Below, one piece after another: positions 43,111 to 54,894 of a stretch of 64,000 bases of DNA (positions are counted from its first letter, which is position 1; every line of letters starts with the position of its first letter). A program made the position numbers and the translations under genes. Under the pieces are notes generated by a model. That model was given only the letters and a program-made list of their open reading frames with translations, made no database searches and was not told the origin of the DNA. Source of the stretch: an uncultured virus (IMG/VR IMGVR_UViG_3300035208_000814) (taxonomy: Duplodnaviria; Heunggongvirae; Uroviricota; Caudoviricetes); IMG/VR virus record IMGVR_UViG_3300035208_000814, one strand, 5' to 3'.

Positions 43111-43403
43111 AAAATAGTGGCGGTATTTAAGCCGGAAAAATCGGAGGCTAAATTGAAGAGATCGTTAAAACGAAGAATTGAGACGGAATTGCACATTCCC
43201 CGTTAATATAGCGTTAAAAGTCTAACAGAAAAAAATAAAAATTGTTAGAGTGCCGGAGGGGCATGAATAGGTAAGGTTTAAAACCTTCAGGTATCAAAAC
43301 ACAAATTACCCTCTAAACATCAAATAAGGCTCAAATTAGCCTTAAAAAAAAAATTAATTTGGTTTAATATTAATCATATCAAGATCATTAAGTGTTAAAA
43401 CAT

Positions 43404-43420
43404 AAGGTTTAAATACTTAT
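43404..43420 (+). promoter_or_regulatory. archaeal early promoter (BRE+TATA)
   Basis: Identical to 42024-42040; about 65 bp upstream of ORF 43484. Confidence 0.7.
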
Positions 43421-43483
43421 AAACCAATAGTAGTATGGGGAAATACAACCCTAAAAGTAAGAACTATCAAGGAGTTAAACACA

Positions 43484-43909
43484 ATGGCAAAAGCAAAAGT
43501 AAGCACTGAAACCAATGTATCACCAATGAACATTTCAAATGGTCTCTTCGGGGATATGTCTGAAGATGAAATGCGAGCACTGTATGAGCAGTCACAAACC
43601 GAAGTGGCCGAAAAGACACGCACCACTGAAGTCTCAATAGAATACATTAACGCAATTAACAGTGTATTCAACCTTGTAGGTAATGATAAAGAAATTCCAG
43701 TAGAGACAATTGCATTAATGATCACCAAGAAGAAACAAACAGAAGAAAATAACATCGCAACCAATGAAGGCCGCGATCCAGTTAAGTTATCTCACAAACC
43801 ATTGACCAACTCATTACGCAATTTCATTAAGCAGAATAAAACCGCTAAATCAATGTATACCTTAACAGAGGGAAGAAATCAAAAAGTATCAAAACTCCCT
43901 TCTTATTAA
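43484..43909 (+). CDS. early hypothetical protein
   Basis: 141 aa; strong promoter and AGGAG RBS. Confidence 0.7.
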   Translation: MAKAKVSTETNVSPMNISNGLFGDMSEDEMRALYEQSQTEVAEKTRTTEVSIEYINAINSVFNLVGNDKEIPVETIALMITKKKQTEENNIATNEGRDPVKLSHKPLTNSLRNFIKQNKTAKSMYTLTEGRNQKVSKLPSY

Positions 43910-44420
43910 ATTTCTTTATTTACTATCAGGTAATGTAGTTCAATCTACAATAGAGAATATAATAGATAACAAAGGAGATGATAACCGATGAAAGATGTAT
44001 TCATAAAAAGATCAGTTGATTGTAAAGTATTTGAGTACGTGTCATTAAATACCTGCTTATTATGTAGGTTTAATGGTAATGATGAGACATTTAATCATAA
44101 TGAATCATGTTGCGTCAAATGCAATTATCCTAATACAAAATAGCAGGAGATAACACTATGTTAATGAAAAAATCAAAATTGGTTAAGAAGTCTCAAACAT
44201 GTATGGCAAATGTAGATAACAATATAGATGTATTAGTATCATTTCAAAAACTATCAGCATTAACAAAACAGTATGCTGATCTTAAGTGCAAATAACTTTT
44301 AATTACCCTGAAATTTAGTGTGTATAATATCACCTTCCTTAAACCATATACACTAAACAGGAAAGTAATTTAACCATTTATCTATTGTATTGTAACAACC
44401 ATTAAGGAGAGGATTAAACT

Positions 44421-45398
44421 ATGTCTTCAACTGTTAACAATGTAGAGTCTAATGATCATATCAATTCTGATCATATAGACAGTCCTATTAAAGACAATAG
44501 GTATAATACATTAAGCGCAAAAATAATAGAGATCATAGAGTCATCGAATAGTCTACCATGGAGCCGTCCATGGACAATAGATTATAGTAGAGGCTCTATT
44601 AGTGGGACAGAAAGTAATCTATCAACTGGTAAATTCTACAGTGGAGTCAATACCATCATACTCGGATGGATAAGACAAGTTACGCCATCGTACCGCCCAT
44701 ATTGGATAGGATATAACCAATGTAAATCTCTTATTAAAGAGGGTAATTGTTCAGTCAATAAAGGATCAAAAGGCTATCCTATATTCTATCCTAAACTATA
44801 CAAGGATATAGATACCAATGGTAATGAGTATATGAAGTTAAGTGGCTTCGGGGTATCGTATGTATTTAACATCGCTCAAACCAATTATAACCTTGACTTA
44901 TTAGATGTTAAACCAGTAGATACAACTGAAGAAGTTAAGACACCTTCAACTATCATCGAGTGTGAAGATGTCATCAATAGATACAAGAATCACCCGATTA
45001 TTAGTGAAGTGGGTAACGAGGCAGTATATTACCCATCATTAGATTGTATTCATATGCCCAATAGAACACAATTTAAATCATTAAGTTGCTACTACAAAAC
45101 ACTATATCATGAGTTAACACATTCTACCGGACATCAGAGTCGATTGAATAGACCATTAAAAGGCCATTCAGATAAACTATCATATAGTAATGAAGAGTTA
45201 ATTGCAGAATTTGGATCGTGTTTCCTATCGTCAATTACAAAAATCAATTGTGAAGATGATGATATACGCAATAGTGCAGGATACATTGCATCATGGAAAA
45301 AATACATTAAGGCCGATCCAATGTGTTTACCCAAAGCGGCAGGAGCAGCAGAGAAAGCAGTGAAGTTCATGCTCAATGGTATTAACGAGGTGTCTTAA
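44421..45398 (+). CDS. ardC: ArdC-like antirestriction protein (ssDNA-binding domain + zincin)
   Basis: LPWSRPW, YSGVN, VNKGSKG, VFNIAQT, YYPSLDCIHMP, HELTHSTGH, YSNEELIAEFGS. Confidence 0.92.
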   Translation: MSSTVNNVESNDHINSDHIDSPIKDNRYNTLSAKIIEIIESSNSLPWSRPWTIDYSRGSISGTESNLSTGKFYSGVNTIILGWIRQVTPSYRPYWIGYNQCKSLIKEGNCSVNKGSKGYPIFYPKLYKDIDTNGNEYMKLSGFGVSYVFNIAQTNYNLDLLDVKPVDTTEEVKTPSTIIECEDVINRYKNHPIISEVGNEAVYYPSLDCIHMPNRTQFKSLSCYYKTLYHELTHSTGHQSRLNRPLKGHSDKLSYSNEELIAEFGSCFLSSITKINCEDDDIRNSAGYIASWKKYIKADPMCLPKAAGAAEKAVKFMLNGINEVS

Positions 45399-46004
45399 TG
45401 TATTACTGGATTGTTAAAGTATCCTACAACAAATACAACGATTTAGTGTATGAGACAATATCATACTCTACTGATCGTGATAATGCAATTAATGAGTTAA
45501 AGAGATTAAAAGCATTAAATGTATTTGAAACCCGATATACATATGAGTTTATGAATAGACCATATAAACCAGATATGGGAGTTGAGTTTTAATGTATAAT
45601 CATTATGACAATTCCAAATCATTCTCTATATGCATACCTAAATTACTAATGGTTAAAGAAGTAGCAACATCAATGGAAGCATATAGAATTGTAGACCATT
45701 ACAATCAATTAGGATATAAATGTAAGGTGATTAACTATGTGTAATATAAATCATGTAGCATTAAGAAATGATAACAGTTGTATTGAATTCAACTTAATAG
45801 ACGACTTAAAACATGAACATAATATCCATTTAACCTCAACCTCATGTAATGCATTACTATCATACTTATTAGATAACATGGGGGAGAATTAATTGTTAAT
45901 CATTAAGTGTGATAAACAGTTTAAAGACTGTCAAAACATACCATTGCATAACTGTATGTATGACTGTGATAATTCCCATGTAATAGACAATACGGAGACT
46001 AACA

Positions 46005-46394
46005 ATGACACGTAAAGCGGGATTTACATTCAATGACATCAAAACTCTAGTAGATGAACCATCATTAAAGGCCACTATTAAGAGTAGAGATCACGATGGT
46101 AACATTCGTGATATGATGAAATACTACAATAATGCAGTAGTCATCTATCTATTTGAAACCCCCATCGTAACCTATGACACAGAACTAGACAGACTAATAA
46201 TTAATAGTGGGGGTTATCATACAGTAACAACGTCTGCAAGTATTAATAAAGTCATTGGCATATTCGGCTATGCAGTATATCAAAAACACTACAAATGGTA
46301 TATTAGTGACTTTAACAAAAAAGAATCGTATGAGTATTATGATGGATTTATCATTGAGCGCGTTCTGACCAAATATCAAAGCATAATGGAGTGA
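46005..46394 (+). CDS. conserved phage early protein
   Basis: INSGGYHTVTT...IN...VYQKHYKWY resembles a widespread phage family of unknown function. Confidence 0.6.
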   Translation: MTRKAGFTFNDIKTLVDEPSLKATIKSRDHDGNIRDMMKYYNNAVVIYLFETPIVTYDTELDRLIINSGGYHTVTTSASINKVIGIFGYAVYQKHYKWYISDFNKKESYEYYDGFIIERVLTKYQSIME

Positions 46395-46401
46395 TTAAAC
46401 T

Positions 46402-47544
46402 ATGTCAACCAACAATGTAGAGGAATTTGTAGACAAGTGGATGAATGATGAACTCGGCCGTCAGACAAAACACGGTAGATGGTCTGTACTCGATCTTGGA
46501 GACATATCTGTATTGCGCTATGCATACAACAAATACAATTACAAATATGACAGTGAAGATGACATCGTATATGAGGAAGTAGCCTATAAGTTCACCACTG
46601 GCGGTATCCTTGTAAACTCTAATGAACTACATCATGCCGGGGTCAAATACGCATGGGGTAGACAACTTAATAGATACTCAGATCCGAGAACAGATGAACA
46701 AAAATACCTAGAGAATAATGGAGCAATACCATTCCCCTTCACACTATTCACTGAAACGGGCATGAGTGTAGTTAATTTCTCATGGATAGTAAAGCCAGTT
46801 GCAGAGACAGTAACACTAATAACAAAAGAGCAGATATATGAAACAACTGGATATGTAACTAAAGAGGTAAGTAGACCACGACATTTCACAGGTGCATGTG
46901 TATTTAAACTGGGAGAGGACACTTATCTATTTGATGTAGACAGACAGGAACTATCTCATGGAATATTCAATGCCTTCCTCACTAAACTACCCAGTAAAGC
47001 ATTTAGTATAGAAGAAGCATATGATGTATTAACTCCAACTGAAGTGTTGATTGCGCAAGAGAATGCAATAGATGTGAAGAGACAGGGGGAATTCTTCTTC
47101 ATTAAGCACAGTGATGAGTGTCCAGTATCAACATCACTAACAGCAGAGGAAAGAGAGGTAATTAAATTCCCACCGTCTAAAATAGGCTTTGGTCTATCTG
47201 CTAGTAGAATGAGATGGAATGAAGATAGTGAACCATATAGTATTCACGAGATCGATACTTCATTAAATACACCAGAGAGACAGGAATATCAAGAGGCTGC
47301 ATTAAAATATAAATCAGTATTAGATAAATTTAACAACATAAACCCAAAAGAAGGATCATTAGGTAAGTCTGCAACAGGCTCTCATACTGTATCCAAATAT
47401 GTATTACAAGACGACATAGCATATGTATCAGGAACAGTAAAACAATCCAGAAGAGAGCACGCCGATCTAATCCTTAAAGGATGGTATAGAGTAGTAGCAA
47501 ATACAGCAGTAACATCATGGACAATCACCGGGAAAATAGACTAA
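46402..47544 (+). CDS. hypothetical protein with RQG...H...EH motif
   Basis: 380 aa; KRQGEFFF, TGSH, REHADL. Confidence 0.7.
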   Translation: MSTNNVEEFVDKWMNDELGRQTKHGRWSVLDLGDISVLRYAYNKYNYKYDSEDDIVYEEVAYKFTTGGILVNSNELHHAGVKYAWGRQLNRYSDPRTDEQKYLENNGAIPFPFTLFTETGMSVVNFSWIVKPVAETVTLITKEQIYETTGYVTKEVSRPRHFTGACVFKLGEDTYLFDVDRQELSHGIFNAFLTKLPSKAFSIEEAYDVLTPTEVLIAQENAIDVKRQGEFFFIKHSDECPVSTSLTAEEREVIKFPPSKIGFGLSASRMRWNEDSEPYSIHEIDTSLNTPERQEYQEAALKYKSVLDKFNNINPKEGSLGKSATGSHTVSKYVLQDDIAYVSGTVKQSRREHADLILKGWYRVVANTAVTSWTITGKID

Positions 47545-47739
47545 ACAATAATCATAACATTTTTTGGTTCACTCCATAATGTTATATTAAACAATGCGTT
47601 TAAGGAGATGATAGTATGGTATTTATTGGTATAGACAAAAAACAGTCAGGGTATACTATTAAGATAGAATGTATACGAACTAAAGACCAATGTGACAGGA
47701 TTGTAGACTATATTACAGAAGTATGCGGTGAAACTATAT

Positions 47740-48378
47740 ATGATGACTAATGTATCAGGACAATCAGGATCATTATGGGTGACTGTTCATAAGAGTAGAA
47801 AACTTAATGGTGCTGAATCTGTAATGTCTGTATGCAATCAAAAGTGTGCATTTAAGTCATTCTGTTATAGTGAACATCTGCAAGCATTTCAAAAGTATTC
47901 TCGTAATAGAGCAGAGTTGAATTGTGTAGCACTTAAACAATCCCCATCTACATTTGTGGAGCCAAAATTTAATAGTGAAATAGTCCGATGGTTCTCTATG
48001 GGTTCATGTAATGGTGATAGAAATACACTATTAAACGTAATGACATCTATCCATATGAATCAACAGAGTAAACATGCCATATGGGTAGAGCCGCATTACT
48101 GGTTAATGGCTAATGAACTATTAAACCCCACTGAAGTTAACATCATATACAGTAATAAGGAACTAGATAGTATTAAACAAATAGAAGGGAGAGTGACATT
48201 TAATCTAGCATCATCCCACGACAAATGCAATAGTCTACTTAAAGAGAATCATAATGCAATACGCTGTAATAGACAGTGTAATGTATGTGGATGGTATTGC
48301 TACAAACAACCAGAGGGCATAGTAGTAGAGATTGTGAACACAAAGCATGGAGGGGTAGATAACTATGGTAAGGTATAG
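47740..48378 (+). CDS. gene-88-like Cys-rich (radical-SAM-like) phage protein
   Basis: SRKL...CNQKCAFKSFCYS...VRWFSMG...C-x3-CNVCGWYCY. Confidence 0.55.
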   Translation: MMTNVSGQSGSLWVTVHKSRKLNGAESVMSVCNQKCAFKSFCYSEHLQAFQKYSRNRAELNCVALKQSPSTFVEPKFNSEIVRWFSMGSCNGDRNTLLNVMTSIHMNQQSKHAIWVEPHYWLMANELLNPTEVNIIYSNKELDSIKQIEGRVTFNLASSHDKCNSLLKENHNAIRCNRQCNVCGWYCYKQPEGIVVEIVNTKHGGVDNYGKV

Positions 48379-48550
48379 AGTGGACTACAGTGAGCATAGA
48401 ATGATGAGTATTGAAATTGAGGCCGACACACCCGAAGAAGCAGAGAGAATTGTAATGGATGGCGAGGCTGATTACAACACATCACATGAAGATGATGCAG
48501 AGGTTGTAAGTGTAAATTATGTAGAAGAAATACCAGAGGATCAACTATGA
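48365..48550 (+). CDS. small acidic DpnD/PcfM-like protein
   Basis: IEIEADTPEEAERIV motif. Confidence 0.55.
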   Translation: MVRYRVDYSEHRMMSIEIEADTPEEAERIVMDGEADYNTSHEDDAEVVSVNYVEEIPEDQL

Positions 48551-51500
48551 AAGTAATAAACAATGAACAATTACATAAAACAACTATTAAACTACCGCAT
48601 GGAACTAACATACAAATACAACATAGTGCATTATGCAACGAGGTATACGTAACCACAACTGAGTTTAGTGAAGAGGGATTAATAGGCCAATATCAATTCA
48701 CAATAGACTGCATAACAGGTGAGTATCATAACATAACATCATCCAATATTGAGTCAATTAAGGAAGAGTGATAACATATGTTGTGTAGAGAACTTAAGCC
48801 ATTAAGACCACGTAACAAAAGATACATAGGTCACACCTATTGTCTAGCACACCCGATGATACAATGGATATCTGATGATGGACATTACGGTAGACACCTA
48901 TCAAGATCAGAGATGACAAAGGAGCAACGTATACTTAAGAAACGTGCTACAACAATCATGAATAGAGGATATAGTAATCGAGATATTCATTGGCACACCA
49001 ACATTACAGGTAAGTATAACAAAATTAAGTATACCAACAGAGTGAGGAGACTACATTGAATGTAGACGACTGTAAACTACTAATAAAGTTAGTAGATGTA
49101 GCAGAAGAATATGCACATAAACACTTCGGTGGTAACAAGCCGGAAGTTAAGGACGTATTCTATAATGACAAACACATAACAATTAACTTCAAGTGATTAC
49201 CATGACACATTGTAAATTATGTATACAGGATGACACATCGGGATTTGGATCATGTTGGAGATGTGCATTAGATGGACAGATGGTGCATGAGGACTGTGGA
49301 TGTGACGGTGAAGATTGTTGTGAGGTAAATGATGAGTGACTACATAAAATACAGTTGGGTGTATTGTCTAGAGAAATATCCTTCTGGTACAGTATCAGCA
49401 GGTGGCAAACTCTATAACATATCCATATACTCAATCTACCATAGAGTAATCATTACTAAATGGATATACACCAATCACAATGTAAAGCCATTTGATCTTG
49501 AAGACATAGTAACTAGATATTGCTCTTCACGGTCAGACACATGGGATGGGTGTGATTATGTTAACCACTATTGGCCTAACAATAGATTTGAACAAGATGA
49601 GTATAGTTGCCCATCAGATTTCGATCCAGAGTCTCCTGACTGTCCATTTGCAGAGGGGTTTAGAGAGTTACTAGAGTTACTGGATATACCAGTGGATGAC
49701 TATTACGAGGTGTTATAATGATAACTGTAATTGAATCAATAGTAATAGCACTTATAATATGTGGTGCGGGTATAGTAGGCTTTCTATGGGCATATGGATG
49801 GTGTAAATCCGGGGTGATTTAGTAATGAAGTTAACATGTAATTCACAACCGCCTGATACATTAGTTAACATAACACTAAAGAAAACTAATTGTAGTGTTG
49901 AAGTACAGGCTAATGGTATCACAATATACACTATCTATGATGATGGTACAGTCAAAGAGTTACATACCGATAGTACATTAGATATTCTACCATTGAAATC
50001 TATGGGGTTTATTATGCAAGTGTTTATAAGTGCCCATTCCGAGAAGTCATTCCATGTGTTATGCAGACATAGACGGGAGTAAATGATAACAGTGTAGAGT
50101 GGTATCAATGACACAATACTACATTCTAGTAAATCACGACAAGAATGAAAGAATTACTACAACTACAATGAGTGGAAGTGGAGATGGCCCTGCATTAATG
50201 TCAATGTTACAAAACGGCCTAACCGGGAGAATGTTAATACTTCTTCTAACCAATACCTCTAATATCAATTTAGGACACGATAGCGATGATGGTGACTTCA
50301 AAGCATACACTAACAAGGTAATGCCATATCTAGGGAGATGGTGTAAAGATGACATAGAATTAATAGGTGATTACAATGAGAACTATCGTGGTCTATGGCC
50401 ATTCAATCATTACACAGACATAACAAAAGATATGAGGATTGCTATGTACAGTCTAAACATACAAGCCTTTATAGATCATAGAACATTGAAACATTTATCT
50501 GACCAATATATTTTCGATGAATATATATTACCCGTCAGATAATAATATTCACAATTGCATAAAATCAAATCGGCAGGTTTATAAGGCTATACAACCTAAA
50601 TAGAGGTGTTACACTGACAAATCAAGATGATCTAAATAAACTACTAGATGAGTTTAAGCAAAGTATAGACAAGTTGAATGAAGATGGTTTACAAGATAAA
50701 CTAAACTATCTTAAATCAGACGACATCCTATCACTAAATATATCCACTGCATATCTAGGGTTGAGGAAGGTGCAACGCAATTTCGTGGCAATAGAACAAC
50801 TATGTAAATTTGCCAGTAGAGTTAAAATCCCATCGGGGAATAACAAGAACTAGGAGATGATACAATGACAGACACACCTAAAACTAAAACAGACACAGCA
50901 ACTGTTATCGCGGTAGCAGAGAAAGTAAAGAGAGATGAATTACTTGCTAAATTTATCACGGATAATAATAAACTTGACATGCCCGAATTCATCAATAAAC
51001 TTAAAGACAATAAAGACTTTACAGATATGGAGAAATACTCTGTAATGTGGACTACGGGTGCAATGATGGGGCGTGCTCAGGCAGTAGCCAAAATAGTCAA
51101 TAAAATATATAATATTGTAGATGACGAATAGATTATCTACCATTTTATATTGTATAGTCATAAGATACTAGGACTGTTCACACTTTATAGTGGATAACAT
51201 AATCGGAGAGGGTTAATTGTCTTATGGTATATGTAGAGTATGTGGGGGTAGTGTTGTTAAAGATTGGGGTGGAATTATAGGACAGTTTCATTGTGTAAAC
51301 TGTGGAGTATGTATCACTGTACCCGGTAGACGCACTAACTATAGAACGTCTGATGTGGCGAGAGTTATACGTTTAGCAATGCGTACATTAAATAGAGAAT
51401 CATGTGAGGTTAAACCACTAATGCGAGTTGTAAACAAAATGATGAATAATCAATGTCCAAAGGTCTCAAAGAGTCAGTTGGAGATGTATGGGATTATAGT

Positions 51501-52503
51501 AGTGAACAACCTAATCAAATGTAAATTATCATCAGAGATAACAAAGGAGTGATAATCATAAGCGATAAAGAAGAGGTAGCACATCAGCAATACCAACTGA
51601 AATACATCTATTACAATCGTCTGCATATAACAATACTACGTAATGGTATAACGTTCTATGCGGATATACGTGATAGAGCATACTGGCATAGTGAGATGTT
51701 GAGATGGGGTGAGACAACAGTAATGGTTGAGGATGACATAACATCAACCACACTTAATAAAATGATAACACTAATGAATGAGTTTAAGTGGACATCACAA
51801 CAAGCCAATGGTTTCATGTACACTCTCACAGGGCAACGTCACAATTTAAAGATAGGTCAAATGTACATTGAGGATTAACATGACTGATGTTGTTATACCT
51901 ATAACTACAAGAGAAATCGGTGGTATATGTATGGCTGTATGTCACCTTATGAATGTAGATAAATGTGCTGATTGTGATATACAACCAATTGCCATTGCAT
52001 CTGATAAGAACATAACACTAATACTACGGAGGTAATTTATGAGTGAAATTTCAAAATTAATTCATGAGATTGAGATTGCGGCTAATACCGTGAACACAAC
52101 AGAAGATGCGGCAATCGCAGTATTTGTAGAGTATGTAGATGAACGCTTAACAATGATAAGTAATGAACTATGGGGTTAAATTATGAGTAATGTAATTGGA
52201 AATAAAAAGAAAGTAACAGTTAAGACGATTGAAGAACAGATACCTATCAGTATTAGCCAATATGACTATGAACAGTTTAAACAATTCATGCAGAATAATA
52301 ACATAGATTACATATCACTAGTGAGAATAGTAGCAAAGTATGGATTCTCTTGTGCAGGTTCAGGTAAGCATGATGAGGGATGTGCAGAGTTTATACGTAC
52401 ATCACTATTCCTAATTACTAGTAACGGATTGAGAGATGAAACTAAACGTATTATGCGTAATGCACTTGATAGCGATCCAACATTCATACCCGATTACAAA
52501 TGA
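48547..52503 (+). other. array of small hypothetical early ORFs (e.g. 48547-48771, 48778-49059, 49329-49718, 49825-50082, 50099-50542, 50865-51131, 51217-51552, 51549-51878, 52183-52503)
   Basis: Co-oriented, most with GGAG/GGTG RBS. Confidence 0.6.
50614..50853 (+). CDS. hypothetical protein with CTG start (absent from the ORF track)
   Basis: GAGGTG RBS, 5 nt, CTG, then 79 codons (TNQDDLNKLLDEFKQ...) to TAG; TATA-like sequence at about 50578. Confidence 0.6.
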   Translation: MTNQDDLNKLLDEFKQSIDKLNEDGLQDKLNYLKSDDILSLNISTAYLGLRKVQRNFVAIEQLCKFASRVKIPSGNNKN

Positions 52504-52512
52504 GATGATTAA

Positions 52513-53169
52513 GTGAATAATGACTTAATGTTTAGTAGTGATAGAACGGACTGGGAGACTCCAAACCTTCTATATGACTACTTAAACACATACTTTGGCC
52601 CATTCAATCTAGATGCAGCAGCGTCAATGTATAATGCTAAATGTGCAGAGTACTTTACCAAAGAAGACAATGGACTATTATCTAGTTGGCAAGGCCACAA
52701 TGTCTACGTCAATCCTCCTTATGGTAGAGGCATAACAGGCAAGTGGGTTAACAAAGCCTATAAAGAAGTATATGATACTGCTATGTATAATAGTAGAATA
52801 GTAGTAGAGAAAGACTTTACAGTGGGGGATATGAAACCACCAACTAAAGTTACAATGCTTCTCCCGGCACGTACAGAAACAAAGTTCTTTAAGATGTGCG
52901 CTAATGCACAGCAAATCTACTTTATAACCGGGAGAATATACTTTGAATTAAATGGAGAGCAAATACTAAGTGAGAAAACAGGTAAGCCAACTCCCGCGCC
53001 ATTTCCATCGGTAATAGTAGTGTTTGATTCTGAACACATGTCTATCCCTCCCTCATGGGGCTTTATAGATGGTAAATCATTTAAAAAATCAACCCCAAAA
53101 CACAACGTAACCATAGAATGTGAAGGTGGTATATCCTGTGTGAAAGAGGCTGTAAATACCACTTCATAA
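52513..53169 (+). CDS. phage DNA N6-adenine methyltransferase (Dam-like family)
   Basis: DWETP, LDAAAS, YVNPPYG, LLPARTET, GRIYF, APFPS. Confidence 0.92.
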   Translation: MNNDLMFSSDRTDWETPNLLYDYLNTYFGPFNLDAAASMYNAKCAEYFTKEDNGLLSSWQGHNVYVNPPYGRGITGKWVNKAYKEVYDTAMYNSRIVVEKDFTVGDMKPPTKVTMLLPARTETKFFKMCANAQQIYFITGRIYFELNGEQILSEKTGKPTPAPFPSVIVVFDSEHMSIPPSWGFIDGKSFKKSTPKHNVTIECEGGISCVKEAVNTTS

Positions 53170-53417
53170 TTGAAGAGTGTGTCTATGCATTTCATGGAGA
53201 ATTCAAACCAATTATGTATTGTACATTATGTGGGAATACACAGGAGATAATTGATGAGTAAAGTGTCAACCCCACAACCTAAATCTTCTACTACATTAGA
53301 ATGTTACGGGAGAGGTATTAATATGGATGATGATATGTGTCAGCATTGTCCTGACTCATTGAATTGTCTATTAGAATGGAGAACAAAAAATAAAAATTAC
53401 TGGAGAGAACGATCATA

Positions 53418-54879
53418 ATGTCAGAGAAATGTCCTCATTTAAACTTCACACATGAAATCACCGATGATAAAATCACTGATGATACTTTATCAAAGCAATT
53501 TGGTTATGTAGAAGATTGGAATAACGATGGTAACATGCCACTTCCGGCAGTAGAAGTCCCATTGGATGACTTACTATTTAGGTTAAGTGGGACAATATAC
53601 ACGGCTAAACAATTTAGAAGTGGTAACTTATATGAGCAGAAAGGTTCGTATCGCTGTAACATATGGTTCTTTACATCAGAAACATATGCCTTACTTCAAA
53701 CACGACTAACTAAAGGCACAGAGACTGCTAAATATGAATATAAAGCATATAGAATCAAGGCATGTAAACATAATTACGTGTGTACAAAATGTGGGGAGAA
53801 ATTACCATGAGTGCAGATACTAATTTACAAGCATATAAAAAACAGAAAGAGATTATAAATGCATTGATTATTGCCAACAGTTCATTCAATGGATTGTGTT
53901 GCCCACCCGATAAACAAGGACAAATGAATGATCCAGATTTCGGTGTGTGTAGGGGATGTTTAGCCAGAGATGACGATACAAAATCCTGTATATTTGGTAT
54001 CATATCCGGGCACATCTCAACACTTCACAAGAGAGTGAATAAGTATATGGATGGCACACATCAATTTGACGACCTAAAACTAACAATTGGCAGGTATATC
54101 AAAGACAGCAAATTCACATGTAATGCCGATTGTGACACATGTGAGTTTAGAAGTCAAAACAAACACTGTATATTAAAAGGATGTATGAAATATGACTGAT
54201 AAATTATACATATGCCCAAGATCCCTTGAGTGTAATAGTAAAGGTAACTGTAATCATGTTAAACCCCATGTACACAATAAAACAAGTTGTGATTTATCAG
54301 GTGGTATGTGTGTACCATGTATAAAGTATGAAGAACAAAATGAAGATGATACTGTAATTATGTATAACTATGCAGTTACACTATTAACAAAAACCAGAGA
54401 GGATAGGATAAAAGTAATTGACTCAATTAGATCAATTAAATTTACTGAATGTGACACCATAGTTACATTAAATGATGGGACACAGGTTATATATCCAAGT
54501 AAGATTGTTAAATCCATACACGTAGAAGTCATACCGGGATGATATGATGACTGAACAATTATACATATGCGAACGTAGTGATGTTTGTGGAAATCCTGTA
54601 TGTTCGCACAGTAAGCCTCACGGTTATATGCAATGGTGTGGTACGATGAATTGTATGGGTATTAATGTAAAGTGTGTAAAATATAATGGAGATGATAAAA
54701 TGCAAATGGAAGTAGATACAGTTAAAGTTACAACAGTAGATGTTGATGTATGGCTTGTGAATAAAGATGGTAACATTTATGTCAAGTCATGTAAGAATGG
54801 AACAGAGAAATATGAATGTACACTACATAAAAATGGTGATATTAGTCTGGCAGCCTGTGGTAACTTCAATCACGAATAA
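53418..54879 (+). other. four small Cys-rich hypothetical ORFs (53418-53810, 53780-54199, 54192-54542, 54544-54879)
   Basis: ORF track; the last two share an N-terminal LYIC-x-RS...C-x-H-x-KPH domain. Confidence 0.65.
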
Positions 54880-54894
54880 CAACTATGGTGATAT

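Noticed and set aside
41928..43162. CTAAATTGAAGAGAT repeat as a mini-CRISPR array
   Set aside because: Only two 15-bp copies 1.2 kb apart, with no repeat-spacer periodicity. No CRISPR array was seen anywhere in the window.
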